Shown here: piece by piece, positions 52,901 through 64,000 of the stretch
Layout of the letters: the number at the start of each line of letters is the position of its first letter
Numbering within the stretch: the stretch's first letter is position 1
Assembly (NCBI GenBank): GCA_051362555.1
Contig: CM120647.1
Span: forward strand, 18,080,651 to 18,144,650
DNA length: 64,000 nt
Source: Lingula anatina
Taxonomy: Eukaryota; Animalia; Brachiopoda
Direction of reading: 5' to 3'
Notes under the pieces: generated by a model
Databases searched by the model: none
What the model saw: only the letters and a program-made list of their open reading frames with translations
What the model was told of the DNA's origin: nothing
Position numbers and translations under genes: made by a program

Positions 52901-54482
52901 ACTAACCTCTGTCAGCATCGCAATATCCTGTGCTCTTGTTATATATTGGATAATGTGGTAGATCGCACTGCAAACCTTGAGTTACATTCACTGGTGGTGT
53001 GGTAATTGCAGGGCAGCTAAAATAACCACTATAACTGTGAAGTTCACCAAATATTGTATTGGTCCTTTCATGTATGGATTGTATAATTCCCCCAACACAT
53101 GACATAAGTGTTGATTTTGAGAGATCACCCATCGGAATAAATTTATAGCCGACCTCAAATGATTTCTGGAAGGACAAATAAACATTCGTTATATTATTCA
53201 GGTACTTGTACATACATATTCAAATACAGTAGTAATTAAGTATTGTGAATAGACATTTTTTCTTTTATCTTTTAACATTTAATTAATAATATTTAAGTTA
53301 CTTGTTGGCGCAGCTGTTTTTTTTTTCTTTACTCAAGATATATTAAAATATGTTTTTTTCATTTTTCAAAAAATTATCTACACTAGTACTTTTAAAAATA
53401 TTGTTTGAAAAAACTACAAAGATCTTAAATCAGTGGGGTGAAAATCAGGTCAGGCATTCCCACATATATTCCTTACCTTAGACAGTACAGACTGATTAAA
53501 AAGTCCTGTACTGACTGGGTAAACATTAACATTGTCCTCCCCACAGGCTTTGTCAACAAGTCCGATCATCTCTGCCCTTACATCATAAAACTGAGTCAAT
53601 GCCTTTGCTCTGTATCTGTTAAGGCAGGCAGTATCCAGACCAGTGAGGTTAAATTTTGGATGGAAGCTCAGTACCAGTGATGGAACTGAAAAGTAATTAA
53701 GATAAATCTTCTTACAAATTTGCAGTAAGTATGTGACAAATATGTGAGAGAGTTTGCAGCAGACCTGTTAGTATAGTTAGTTAAGGAAAAGTACAGGAAC
53801 CACAATGTCGTGTCTGACATAAAGATAAAAAAACATATTTTATGCAGTCATTTTATGAAAAAGTATGATATAAGGTGTTCTGGTCGGATAGTTCTTGAGT
53901 ATTGTGGCGGCCTCTCTATATAAAGCAGATGCAAAGAAATTAACTATACAATTAGAAGTAATTAAAGTTTGCATGCACCCACCTTAGATACGAAATTATT
54001 ACATAAGCAATCGGAATTGATACCTTGGAGGAAATGGGGAGGATCGAGAAGGCGATTGGGAGAGAATTAAGGAGCATGGAGCAGACGTGATTTCAGGGAA
54101 CTAGGAGTTGGAGATTTCATTTAGAATATGAAGCAGCAGAGCATCGACGAATAAATTGTTTAACTGGTTATATGTGGACTTTGGTTTTCTTTGTGTGACC
54201 TTAAGTAAAGCTGACATGAATCTTTATAGATTGTGTTATCCACTAAGTAATGTGCCATTTTGAGCCCACACTTGAATCCAGCGTACACAATTATAAAAGT
54301 TTAGGTCATTCATTCCATATGTATGAAAGGGATCATTACAACAAGGTGTTAGTATTGTAAAAATCTCATTTCTGATGAATTGTCTTCATACATGAAATAA
54401 TTAGTCAAATACCACAATCTTGAGGCACATTACGCTACAATATCTGCATTACCGACATTAATTAACTTAAGTTTATCCAATC

Positions 54483-54549
<67 letters not shown>

Positions 54550-57500
54550 GTATATGTATATAATGAACATAAAATGGAAATCGTTTTACCATCTTGGGTT
54601 TTAAAAGAAATTAATTGAAATAAAACCAATAAAAAAGTTATTTAAAATCAAAATTCAAAGTACACATTTACTTGAAAATAACTAGACAAAGTTCATTAGC
54701 AGGGTGAGTACAATGTAGTGTTGTCCTTAACACTTACTTGGTCTGCAGTAATGACTATCTGGATCCAGACCAAACATACTCAAGCAACTCAGTCCTGCAT
54801 CAGCAACCATTATTCCATGCTTTCCCAACTCCACCATTTTACGACATTCAGCTGTTGTGTTCAGAGCAGATGGATTCAAACCAGAGAGTAAGTTACTGAT
54901 CACAGGTTTCAGACTATCTCCACATGTTGACACCAGGTTTGGTGTGGTGGGGCCAGACGTGCCAAGTACTAGCAGTTTTAGTTTGACCTTGACTGTTGTC
55001 TGAAGGGTAATGGAAGTACGTATTTAATTAAAGTTAAGAGAGGTGTGATGTATACCTCATGCACCATTTCTTAAGTTAAAGTATAACGGTTTATTATTTT
55101 TATTATTATTATTATAACATTTTACATCATTATTTTCACTGTGCTATATATTAAGATATTACAGGGTCAAGCATAAAATGAATACATCGTCAGTTGGACA
55201 AATGCAATATCATCTAAAAAAGAATCAGGATTGTTTAGTAAGTCCAGATTAACTAATTTGACTTTCTGCTTCTTTATATAGAGCAAAATACGTATGTCCT
55301 TTACCAATGAAAAAATAACTTTAAGAACCAATAAAGCAGATATCACTTAATATTTGCGTGCAAATGAAATTTACCAGTGTTCCGTTAATTTTTATGTCAC
55401 TCGGAGTTTCGATGATTGAAACAGAGGCACCATTACTACAGCTCAAGTTCACAGAACCAGGTAATGAAGTTAAAATTCCACTTAAGTGTTCCTTGGTGCA
55501 GTTACTAGCCATTGATGTATTGAATGTGTATGAGAGCTTAAAGAAATATTCTGAAAAATAATGAAACGCTTTTCAAAATAAATATCATTTTTATCATTTT
55601 AGCTCTATTGTCGACAGTTCTTTCTGTCTAGTTACACAAGCACAGATACATGCACACACTCAATTTCAAACACCCATCTGTCTGTTCCCTTATTCAAAGT
55701 CTTTGCAACTCTATATATTCATTAACTTATTCATTATATATATAACCTTCACTTACCTGGAGCTATGGCATTTAACACAGGGCCACCTGAAACTTAAAAA
55801 ATTAAGTAAGTAGATGAAAAGGTACACGTTATAACAAGCTTGTAATATTTTTCAAAGATTGCAGTAATGAAAAATTTTAAACATTTCAAAAATAACATGC
55901 AATTTATCACATTTGTTGCAGATAACTTTTCCAGAAAGGACTCCCAATTTCTATGAAGTATTGAGTGGCAGACTTTGTTCAACTTGCAATTCTGGGATTG
56001 ATAAATATATGTCAGTTAGGTAGCAAAATAAGCCGTATCTGCCATGAAACATCCCAAAATGTGTTAAAAAGTTTAAGTGTTATATTTATGTTTTCTTCAT
56101 CCCGAACAACTTGTGTGGTTCATCCATTTATGAGATTAAATGACAAATGCTATATATACACTCGTATTTGATTGTCAATTGGCCTATTAAAACAACTTTT
56201 CTTAAACATGCCATAATTCATAAAAAAGATATTTTTATATTTAACATGGTATAAACATGGTATTCCATAAAAAGTGACACTGTATACTAAAATATGGAAT
56301 TGCAATAATATAATGAGCCTTTTTTTTTTTTTTTTTCTTTTTTTTTTTTTTTTTGACAATGAAATTTGACTTTTGAGAATAAAAACAGTACTGCTTTCTA
56401 TTTGTAAACACTTACTTGGAGTTTGGCATTTCCATCCAGTGAACTCAGGTTTACACAAACAAGTGACGCCATGGGGGTCTCCTGGATTTTCCATACAAGT
56501 GCCTCCATTGTAACAAGGCTCTGACGGACAGTTACGGCCGGGTCCTGTGACTAAAAAAACATAATTTTCATAGAGGTTCAGAAAATATATATAAACACAC
56601 AGAGAAACAGAAATATTTCTATGTATAAAGAGCAATTAAAATTAGCAAGGGTTCAATGCAGCAACCTCATCAATATATCATTCTGAAATATTTTAACTAA
56701 ATCGTAGTGTTTATAAGCAACAACATCAGTAATTTGATAATGACACTTGTTTGCTTTGCATGGTTGAACTGCTTAATAGATTTGTACCTGTATCTTTACA
56801 ACTGTCCTCTTCCTTGGAGTAAACTGATGTTGAATCAACGCAATACTTTTCATCAGTGTCCAAGATTTGCAGGTCAGAACCAATGACATCAGGACAGTTT
56901 CCACTGCTCAGGTTGTGCATACCTAAACATAGGGAAAAAAGCTGTTAGGTGAGCTGGTGTTAAATTAACTAATACAGTGTGTTGGGTGAGGTGACTCATG
57001 TAAAGTAATGGATGAACCACACAAGTTGTTCGGGATGAAGTGAGCAGCTGGTGCATTATAGATGGACAGGTACATTGTGTAAGATGAGTTGGTACATTGT
57101 ATTAGATGAGCTGATACATTGTGTTAGATGAGTTGGTACATTGTGTTAGATGAGCTGATATATTGTATCGGATGGTCTGGTACATTGTGTTGGGTGTGCC
57201 AGTGTGTAATTAACATGTTGTGATATTGTTGTACTGTTTAGGTAAACTGGCACACTGCATTGAGTGAACTGGTGAAAAGATTTGGCATACTATGCTTACT
57301 GAAATGGTTAATTATTTGAAATTATTTAATTATTTGAAAACACTTTTCAACTTTCAAAACAGATTTAGCTGCAAGTTATTACAAGGTTGAAAACATTATC
57401 ACACATTTTACATACCAAAGGGAAGGAATAAATTGTTTAATCATAACTCACCTGCTAGTAATTTTCCAAGGGGCAGATCTTTTCCTATTACCAGAGAAGA

Positions 57501-59494
57501 GTTATGTGCACACTTCATAACATAACAACGAGGAGGAATGAAAAGTTGTCTTCACAATATTCAACTACCACTTTTCCCCAATCACAGTCAATGTCTACCT
57601 AGTTGAAAACCCTATTGCACACTTGCATACAAGTGCCTACAAATAAGTCATTATGACTCACCTGCCAGTAGTTTTCTAAGGGGCAGATCTTCTTTTAATG
57701 CCAGAGAGAAGTTGTGTACACACTCCATGTACTTCTCCCAGGGAATATCTTTATGTTGGACTAGTACACCTTGAACTTGACAGAATCCCTAAAATATTTT
57801 ATTTATTCATGTATTTTTATTATTCTTTTTGTTTGTTTAAATTATAGTTAACAATTGAAGGGGGTGTGTGCAGGCATACATTGTATGAAAGAGTCTGCTT
57901 GGTGTATGCACATTTATGAACAGTGACGACCAAAAGCACCTGTAGAAATACTAGTATTAATAGAAAAATTGCCCATAAAAATATGACTCATTTTATTCTT
58001 GCAATTTGACACAAAGTTGTACATTTTAATATTAAAATATTCAAAATAAATAACTAAGTTTGATTCGAACCAAGAAGGACTAACATGCAGCATATTTATA
58101 CTCACCATACTTGTGGTGACAGACTGACAGCTGACAAGTGGCAGACCAGGCAGACTCCTTATTGTGTAATAAACAGAATTGCAGGCCTGGTGCAGCTTAT
58201 CATTCATATCCAAGGTATAATTGTTGAATCTTTGATTGATAAAATAATTGTAATAAGTGGACCAGCAGTAGTTATGTGCTGAGGAGTTTCCAGCAGTTGT
58301 CAAAGTAAACTGGAGTTTTAACACTTTTGATGGAACTGAAAATATAAAGATACAAAATGGAGAATATATATCTACTAAATACAATCAAATAAATAAAACA
58401 ATAGTACCAATAAATATTTAATTAATCTATTTATTATTTTTTTCTTGGGGGGGGGGGGGCACGTATTGATGAGTTGCTATATGATGTTCCATCGATTCAG
58501 AGTGTTACAACTTGGTCACATTGTGTTCATCAGAGTGATATACTCATGACAATAAACCAGATCACCTAACACATAGCACATGATAAGATGCTCCTTGAGC
58601 AAAAACTGGTTTACCAGCTACACATGTTCCATTGTCTTCATCCCCTCTCAACACTCGCCCAATTCTACACACTAGAGATCCATTGTAGCTGACATTTGCA
58701 GAGGTCAAAGCAGGGCAGTTCATGGTGGCTGTGATGTTAGGCAGCATAAATCCTGAACTAAAGTTTGCTCTCAAGAATGCAAGCAAATTCTGTCCACATT
58801 CACGAGCCTCTTTTGATGTCAGCTTTTCCTTGGCAGAGAAGTAGTAACCATAACTCATCTGGATGTGAACCTTAAATGAAATAATAATTTTTCTCAAAAA
58901 TCCCTAATTGAGGACAAGTGTTTATAAACACTTGATTCAAATGTGAACTTTAAACAATAATGAGGAAAAGATTAAGTGCATAGTGTTTAATTTAACAACA
59001 CTGGATCAAAGACTTCAAATTACTTTGAGAATTCAATATCTCTGCTTACATATATTTTATTTTATTCAGTTTCAATTACAAATACAACTTTAAACATGAT
59101 CAAAAAAGTGACTTTTCAGAACTTCTGAAACAACTTTTTCTGGTATGATTGACTATCCAGGCATATTTTAAAATCAATAAAAATATTGTTTAAAAATTAA
59201 GTGCACATTCACCTTCCCGTCACTCATGAATGCCTTTCCTCTTTGAAATTCTATTTGTGCAGAGTACAGCTCACAGATACCAAGATTATATCCAGCAAAA
59301 TTGACAAGTGGTAAATATGGGTTGGAACCAAAGTAACTGTACTGGTTGGTTGCATAGTAAAATGACAGTCGGAGCCAATGCAAGCAGTCTTCAGAAAAGT
59401 TACCAGGTATTGGAGCAGTTATAATAGTTGTGATCTGGAAACCTGTGAATAAGATAATTATGTATATCATAGTGGATGTCAAGAAAGAAACACC

Positions 59495-59536
<42 letters not shown>

Positions 59537-61999
59537 AATGCTTGGGCCTTTTACATCAATAATTTACATAAATTGTGATTCATGGACCAGATCTATGTAA
59601 GTGTCCAGTTTGAGATTCAATTTTCTTGCCTCTTGAGTCTTTTTTTTTTTTTTTGTGGACATCAGACACACCACTGGTCAGTATCTGGGGTACGTAGCGC
59701 TAGCAATTTTTTTCACTTGGCCATATCACCACATTTTTGTCAATTTGTTATCAAAATGGTTATAATTTGGCTGAAACATGTCAAATCCAGCCCCTTTTCT
59801 TAAGCCAATTTCAGTCAGTTTTAGCATTTGGCTAAATTGGTGAGTGTTAGCGCTGCCCCAGAGTATGTTGTACATGTAGATGTGACATGCAATAGTGCAC
59901 CAAACATCTGTACAGTACATCACACACAATTCACTGCTTGTGGTGTACGTAATTATCACTACCAAAAAATGAGAACATAATTTCACTGGATCTGAAGGTT
60001 CCAAAACCAAATAAGCTTGATGCTAAGGTGAAATACATACAGGTATCTGCACAACATCACCACTGTACAGTGAATGCATGGTGTTGCAATAAATCTCATA
60101 CATATATACTCTCACAATAACAGTGGGTCGACTTAGGGTAAAAAAAGTAGCCAAATCATGGCACGGCAGATAAATTTTGCATGTGGTTAGCTTTTGACAT
60201 TCTAAATCAATCTAATATTGATGTAGCCCTTTGGCAAATTCTACCTCTGACAAATGACTACCAATTTAAGATTTTTTTTTTTAATTTATACATACGTTCC
60301 TCTATTGGTTTGTTCAAATAAAGTTGTTCCTCAATGTTTATTCTCCATCCTTATTACCAATATAATGCATGTGTCAGAAAGCACACAATATTTCTTTGGA
60401 CATTTTGAAAAAATCCAAGATGGCCGCCATTTGCCATAGGTTACTATAGTACTTGTACTGTACACATACAAGGGGTTTTAACTGATGCCAACTACCAAGG
60501 GAATTAAGACAATCATTGCCCACTATCAAAATTTTCAAAAAGTCCAAGGATATACTCAATTGCTCCCTGCCAGACATGCGTTATATGGGCCATAACATAC
60601 CATCAATGCAGAAAACAAAATAAAAATACTTGTAGCTGGCATTAGTTGAAACCCGTGCACCCTAGTATTAATTAATCTATTACTACAGCTATTCTCTGGA
60701 AAATGGTGGCCATTTAGGAGTTTTTCAAAAAGTCCAAGGAAAGACATTAATTTGCTCCCTGCCAGATGTGCATTATATGGGTAATAAGGATGTAGAAAAA
60801 AACATTTTTATGAAAACCAATAGAGGCATTGTTATAGAATTACTTTATAATTACTCTGACTATATAAAGACCTAAGCTGCAGAGTTTAACGTTAGTGAAA
60901 AGTACTATTATATGTTTCCATACCTGGTTTGTCACGCGCTGGTAAAGCAATAGGAGCTGGAATGAAATTACATTTATTACATTATATTTAGGGCTTATTT
61001 CAGGGTGAAGCAACAGTACATTCAATAGTGGTTCTCTGTGGAGGAATATGAGGGGAAAGGGGACAAAATTGATCCCATGCATGAAAAATTCATATTCGAC
61101 TGTCAAATCAAAAATTATGCATTCTATCTCTGAGTGCAATTTTTTTTAATCAAAATGAATTCTCAAATTAATGAAAATGTAAATACATGCTGTGGTAAAT
61201 TATCAATCAAAATGCACTGTTGCCTTACGCACACAAAATGTCACTTACTTGGATAGGGTGTTGTTGTTCTGGGGGAGTCAGCTGAAATAGAATTTACCAC
61301 ATTGTAGAATCAATCTATAACTCTTCACACCAGGAAAATAACATTGTTTTCAATGGTAAAAAATAATTCAGTTTAGTGCCATCCTCAAGCTGATTGGGAA
61401 TCTATGAAAATTAAATGAGCTGACTGACACTCTTTGCAGGATCACTGTTGGTATAATAAGCTTAATTTATCTAGCTTACAGTATTATAAAGGTTGCAACT
61501 CTATCAACATCATATCTTAATTTTTATAATTATGGTAGAGTCAACTTTGATACTACGAATGCCTACTATATATGTGTACATATATACATGCAGTAGTTTT
61601 AACGTAATGAATTAATCGCTTAAAACAACAAGCAAACTACAGCAACCCAGCCCTAAAAAACCTTGTTAACATTTGTCTTCATCCTCAAAGTAATACTTGC
61701 CTGGGTATCATTGTCTCTAGATACACAGAGTATTATTTATATGTGCAACTTTTGTCTCTATCCTTAGAGTATTACTAAATTTGGTAACAGTTGTCTTTGT
61801 ACTCTAAGTATCACTTACCTGGGTAATATTTGCCTCTATCCTCAGAGTATTACTTAATTACCTGGGTTACACCTGTCTCTATCCTCGTAATATCAATTAC
61901 ATAGATAATATTTGCATAACTAAAATTCAAGTATCACTGTCAAATTTATGAATGTAATCCAGATATTTTTCTTTATGCCTCTGCCTGACTACATTATGC

Positions 62000-62032
<33 letters not shown>

Positions 62033-63742
62033 GTGAAGCATAGGAAATTACAAGTGAACTTATTCTAAACTGGATCCAACTTAATGTATAGTGTATGCAT
62101 CTGTTCTTCATCCAAAAACTATACTATAACCTCTCATTTGAAATTGTTAATTGTGCCACTTACTTGGAATGGGTGTTGATTTTGTGGAGTAGGCTGAAAC
62201 CAAAGAGAAATGTCCATGAAAAAAATCTATCAACTAATGTTTTACACTCTAAAATTAATATTGTACAGCCATATGTTTTAAGATTAAGAATCAGTTTTGA
62301 TATATGATATTGAAATTGTTAAGATTCAAGAACAAGAACATTTTCACACTGTTCATACCTATACTGGATCCAACATAATGTGAATATATGTGACTATTCT
62401 TTTATTGAGAGTTCATTTAATACAACTACTTTTTTGGCAAAATTGTTTTTTTTAATGAAGTGAAAACTGAACATGTGGCATTATAAACATACATCAGTAA
62501 ACACTTACTCCATAATATTTGCCTTCATCTTCAGAGTATTACCTACCTGGGAGACATTTTTCTTCATCATCAGTGAATTACTTATCTGGGTAACATTTGT
62601 CTTTATCCTCAATGTAGATAACATTTGTCTCCATAACATATAGCAGATATATGTGAGTGCCCTATATGATATTTAATATTTTTGCCTTTTACCTGGGTAA
62701 CATTTGTCACTATCCTCAAAGTAATCTGAGCCCTGATCATAACAGAACTTCTCATCGGTGTTCAAGATTTGAGGCACAGATCCACTGAGATCTGGACAGT
62801 GGCCATAGGTATGGTTGTTCATGCCTGTGAAATGGATTACATGTACATCTATTGTTGTACGACATTTCAGTAACATCTTAATCACGCAATAATCTATTCA
62901 ACGTATACCTTAATAGTTGAAAACCTAAAATAAGCAAAATAAGTCAATATCTGCTACTTATGGGCGTATGTTTTATGCAAATTCAGAGAAGTATTAATTG
63001 TATTATTACCAGTAATATTAGGAATAGGAAAGTATTAACAGCTTTTAACATAATTAAACTACTATCATTTTCCCAATAACAGTCTACTTAGCTGAATACC
63101 CTGTTGCACATTTTGCATACAATTGCAAAAAAAAAAATAATAATAAAAAAAAAAATAATAATGATAAGTAACAGTCACTGATCATGACTCACCAGCTAGT
63201 AGTTTTCCCAGGAGCAGATCTTGTTGTATTACCAGGGAAAAGTTGTGTGCACACTCCATATATTTATTCCTGGGAATATCTTCATGCTGAACTAGTACAC
63301 CTCTTACTTGACAGAATCCCTATATTATATTATATTATATTATATTATATTATATTATATTATATTATATCCAAATGTTTCCAAAAATATTACATCAAAA
63401 GTGATCTCACAAGAAATAATTTGTAGCCATTTCATATCTGCAGAAGCATCATACCTTATTCAAGAACACTTGGACAAAATAAATGGAATGACTCATTATA
63501 CTGGAAGCAACTTACCATATTTGAAGTAACAGGGTGACAAGTGACAACTGGCAGATTAGGAAGTCCAGTGATTGTGTAATCATCAGAGTTACAAGCCTGT
63601 CTTATCAAGTCACCAAGATTAACAGAATAAGATTCAAATCGTTGATTCATGATGTAGCTATAATACTGCCAGCAGTCCCTGGGTGTTGACGTGTTTTCTG
63701 ATGATGTCACATTGAACTGGAGTGTTAGCACTTTGGATGGAA
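32689..63742 (-). CDS. Giant modular, probably secreted glycoprotein (5' part outside the window): 12 copies of an unrecognised ~150-aa six-Cys module, 4 EGF domains and Pro/Thr-rich micro-exon linkers; 38 exons: 63742-63516, 63319-63193, 62824-62693, 62193-62164, 61281-61249, 60956-60924, 59442-59213, 58870-58615, 58335-58106, 57788-57662, 56922-56788, 56544-56416(EGF), 55786-55757, 55550-55375, 54999-54738, 53685-53477, 53165-52907, 52493-52365(EGF), 51928-51899, 51667-51492, 51138-50877, 50364-50156, 49884-49626, 49261-49133(EGF), 46683-46651, 45407-45181, 42986-42728, 42348-42113, 41623-41506, 39172-39041, 38675-38646, 38367-38192, 37813-37546, 37319-37111, 35333-35078, 34420-34292(EGF), 33657-33449, 32946-32689
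   Basis: Every exon has AG/GT boundaries and lengths whose phases chain into one frame (about 2,120 codons) ending ...YNGTSRSCKIN*. EGF consensus CPSEPCYNGGTC..NPGDPxGVTCxCKPEFTGWKCQ occurs four times. Many NxS/T sequons and no C-terminal TM segment. Confidence 0.82.
33893..34144. mobile_element. Almost fully palindromic PIF/Harbinger (Tourist-like) MITE
   Basis: Arms ggcttcattcacatg.. and ..catgtgaacgaagcc pair over nearly the whole length. TAA TSD at 33890-33892 and 34145-34147. Confidence 0.8.
35454..37057. mobile_element. ~1.6-kb non-autonomous DNA element inserted in a (TA)n tract
   Basis: Inverted repeat tgacattta(a/g)tatggaatattt at ~35461 and ~37033-37054, with (TA)n on both flanks. 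Paralogous introns (49885-50155, 53166-53476) are only ~270-310 bp. Confidence 0.55.
39637..40481. mobile_element. MITE with long TIRs and TA TSD
   Basis: Left end cggagctttgttagtatcatatta...ggaattttcaccgcggtgaaaat is mirrored at the right end. Repeated caccgcggtg palindromes. Confidence 0.8.
40581..41194. mobile_element. MITE with ~77-bp TIRs and 9-bp TSD (Mutator-like by TSD length)
   Basis: caccctgagct...gtcaagtaacctctgac is mirrored at ~41118-41194. Flanks are GGGACTAAC and GGGAGTAAC. Confidence 0.75.
42519..42685. mobile_element. 167-bp MITE with caggcccgtagc TIRs and apparent 5-bp TSD (ACAAT)
   Basis: Perfect 12-bp TIR. ACAAT at 42514-42518 and 42686-42690. Confidence 0.75.
43135..45023 (-). 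mobile_element. Non-autonomous Helitron/Helentron-like element, copy 2
   Basis: Same termini as 26258-28496, with five ~133-149-bp internal repeats. Absent from the paralogous intron at ~58871-59212, whose flanks align across the insertion point. Confidence 0.75.
45655..46455 (+). mobile_element. 5'-truncated L2/CR1-group LINE (C-terminal part of ORF2 and 3' tail), decayed
   Basis: LVHAFITSKLDYCNS, LIQNSAARLV, HITPVLKELH*LPIKQRI, GDRAF..APKLWNKLP..FKACLKTHLF. Contains an in-frame stop and an internal deletion, and ends in an (ATT)n-like tail. Confidence 0.85.
46830..47648 (-). mobile_element. Internally deleted Tc1/mariner element
   Basis: TIRs tactgaacaaaaatataaa / tttatatttttgttcagta with TA flanks. 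HTH N-terminus (LNAGLSVTEVAACLNVHHSTVSRL..RFRDTG) joins directly to the C-terminal HLWNVLDQ segment, so the DDE core is missing. Confidence 0.85.
48128..48300 (+). mobile_element. RTE-like LINE endonuclease remnant
   Basis: Degenerate translation SWNVRT ... RELQYYNLDLVVLQESKLPGTGELK resembles the start of an AP-endonuclease domain. Confidence 0.55.
53806..54340. mobile_element. Probable solo LTR
   Basis: Begins TG and ends CA, with a 4-bp direct repeat ACAA on both flanks. Internal TATATAAA (~53916) and AATAAA (~54150). Absent from the paralogous intron near 50480. Confidence 0.5.
59685..59861. mobile_element. Inverted copy of the 19111-19283 MITE
   Basis: Reverse-complement similarity (ttagcatttggctaaattggtgagtgttagcgct). 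Confidence 0.65.
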
Positions 63743-63808
63743 CTGAAATGATAATTAACATGGAAAACTCTGTCAATTGATTAAGTTTTGAAGGCTTGTA
63801 GACATACT

Positions 63809-63863
<55 letters not shown>

Positions 63864-64000
63864 GAGATATACTTTCAAAATCAGGAAAATTGGGTAAAAT
63901 ACTCAGTAATACACTTTTTCAATTGAAAATTGAAATTAATTTAAAAGAATCATTTTCACTAAGTAGAGAGGTAATTAATGATATTTTCCCCCAAATAAAA

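Noticed and set aside
60125-60830. Possible further non-autonomous element with ~180-bp internal repeats (aaaagtccaagga..tgctccctgccaga)
   Set aside because: Repetition is visible, but termini and TSD could not be defined, so it is not listed as a feature.

Overview
AT-rich, intron-rich animal genomic DNA, probably a marine invertebrate or lophotrochozoan (inference). No prokaryotic features, CRISPR arrays or complete RNA genes were found. Five spliced protein-coding genes were reconstructed by hand from GT-AG sites and exon phases. (1) An intron-containing bacterial-type KamA / lysine 2,3-aminomutase-like radical-SAM gene (+, 918-4107, first exon uncertain). (2) MED30 (-). (3) Head-to-head with MED30, a GTF3C2/TFC6 WD40 gene (+) whose N-terminal half carries AT-hooks, RG repeats and a ZNF512-like zinc-finger module in the same reading frame, with an isolated TFIIIC B-box just upstream. 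(4) FKBP11 (-). (5) The 3' 31 kb of a giant modular gene for a probably secreted protein (-; 38 in-phase exons, about 2,120 codons, running off the right edge), built from 12 copies of an unrecognised ~150-aa six-cysteine module plus 4 EGF domains. Introns carry many non-autonomous elements: two Helitron-like elements with ~145-bp DR1-bearing repeats, several MITE/foldback elements, a deleted Tc1, L2-like and RTE-like LINE fragments and a probable solo LTR. Several introns also contain tandem 'echoes' of real splice sites. All gene models are manual and unverified by RNA data.
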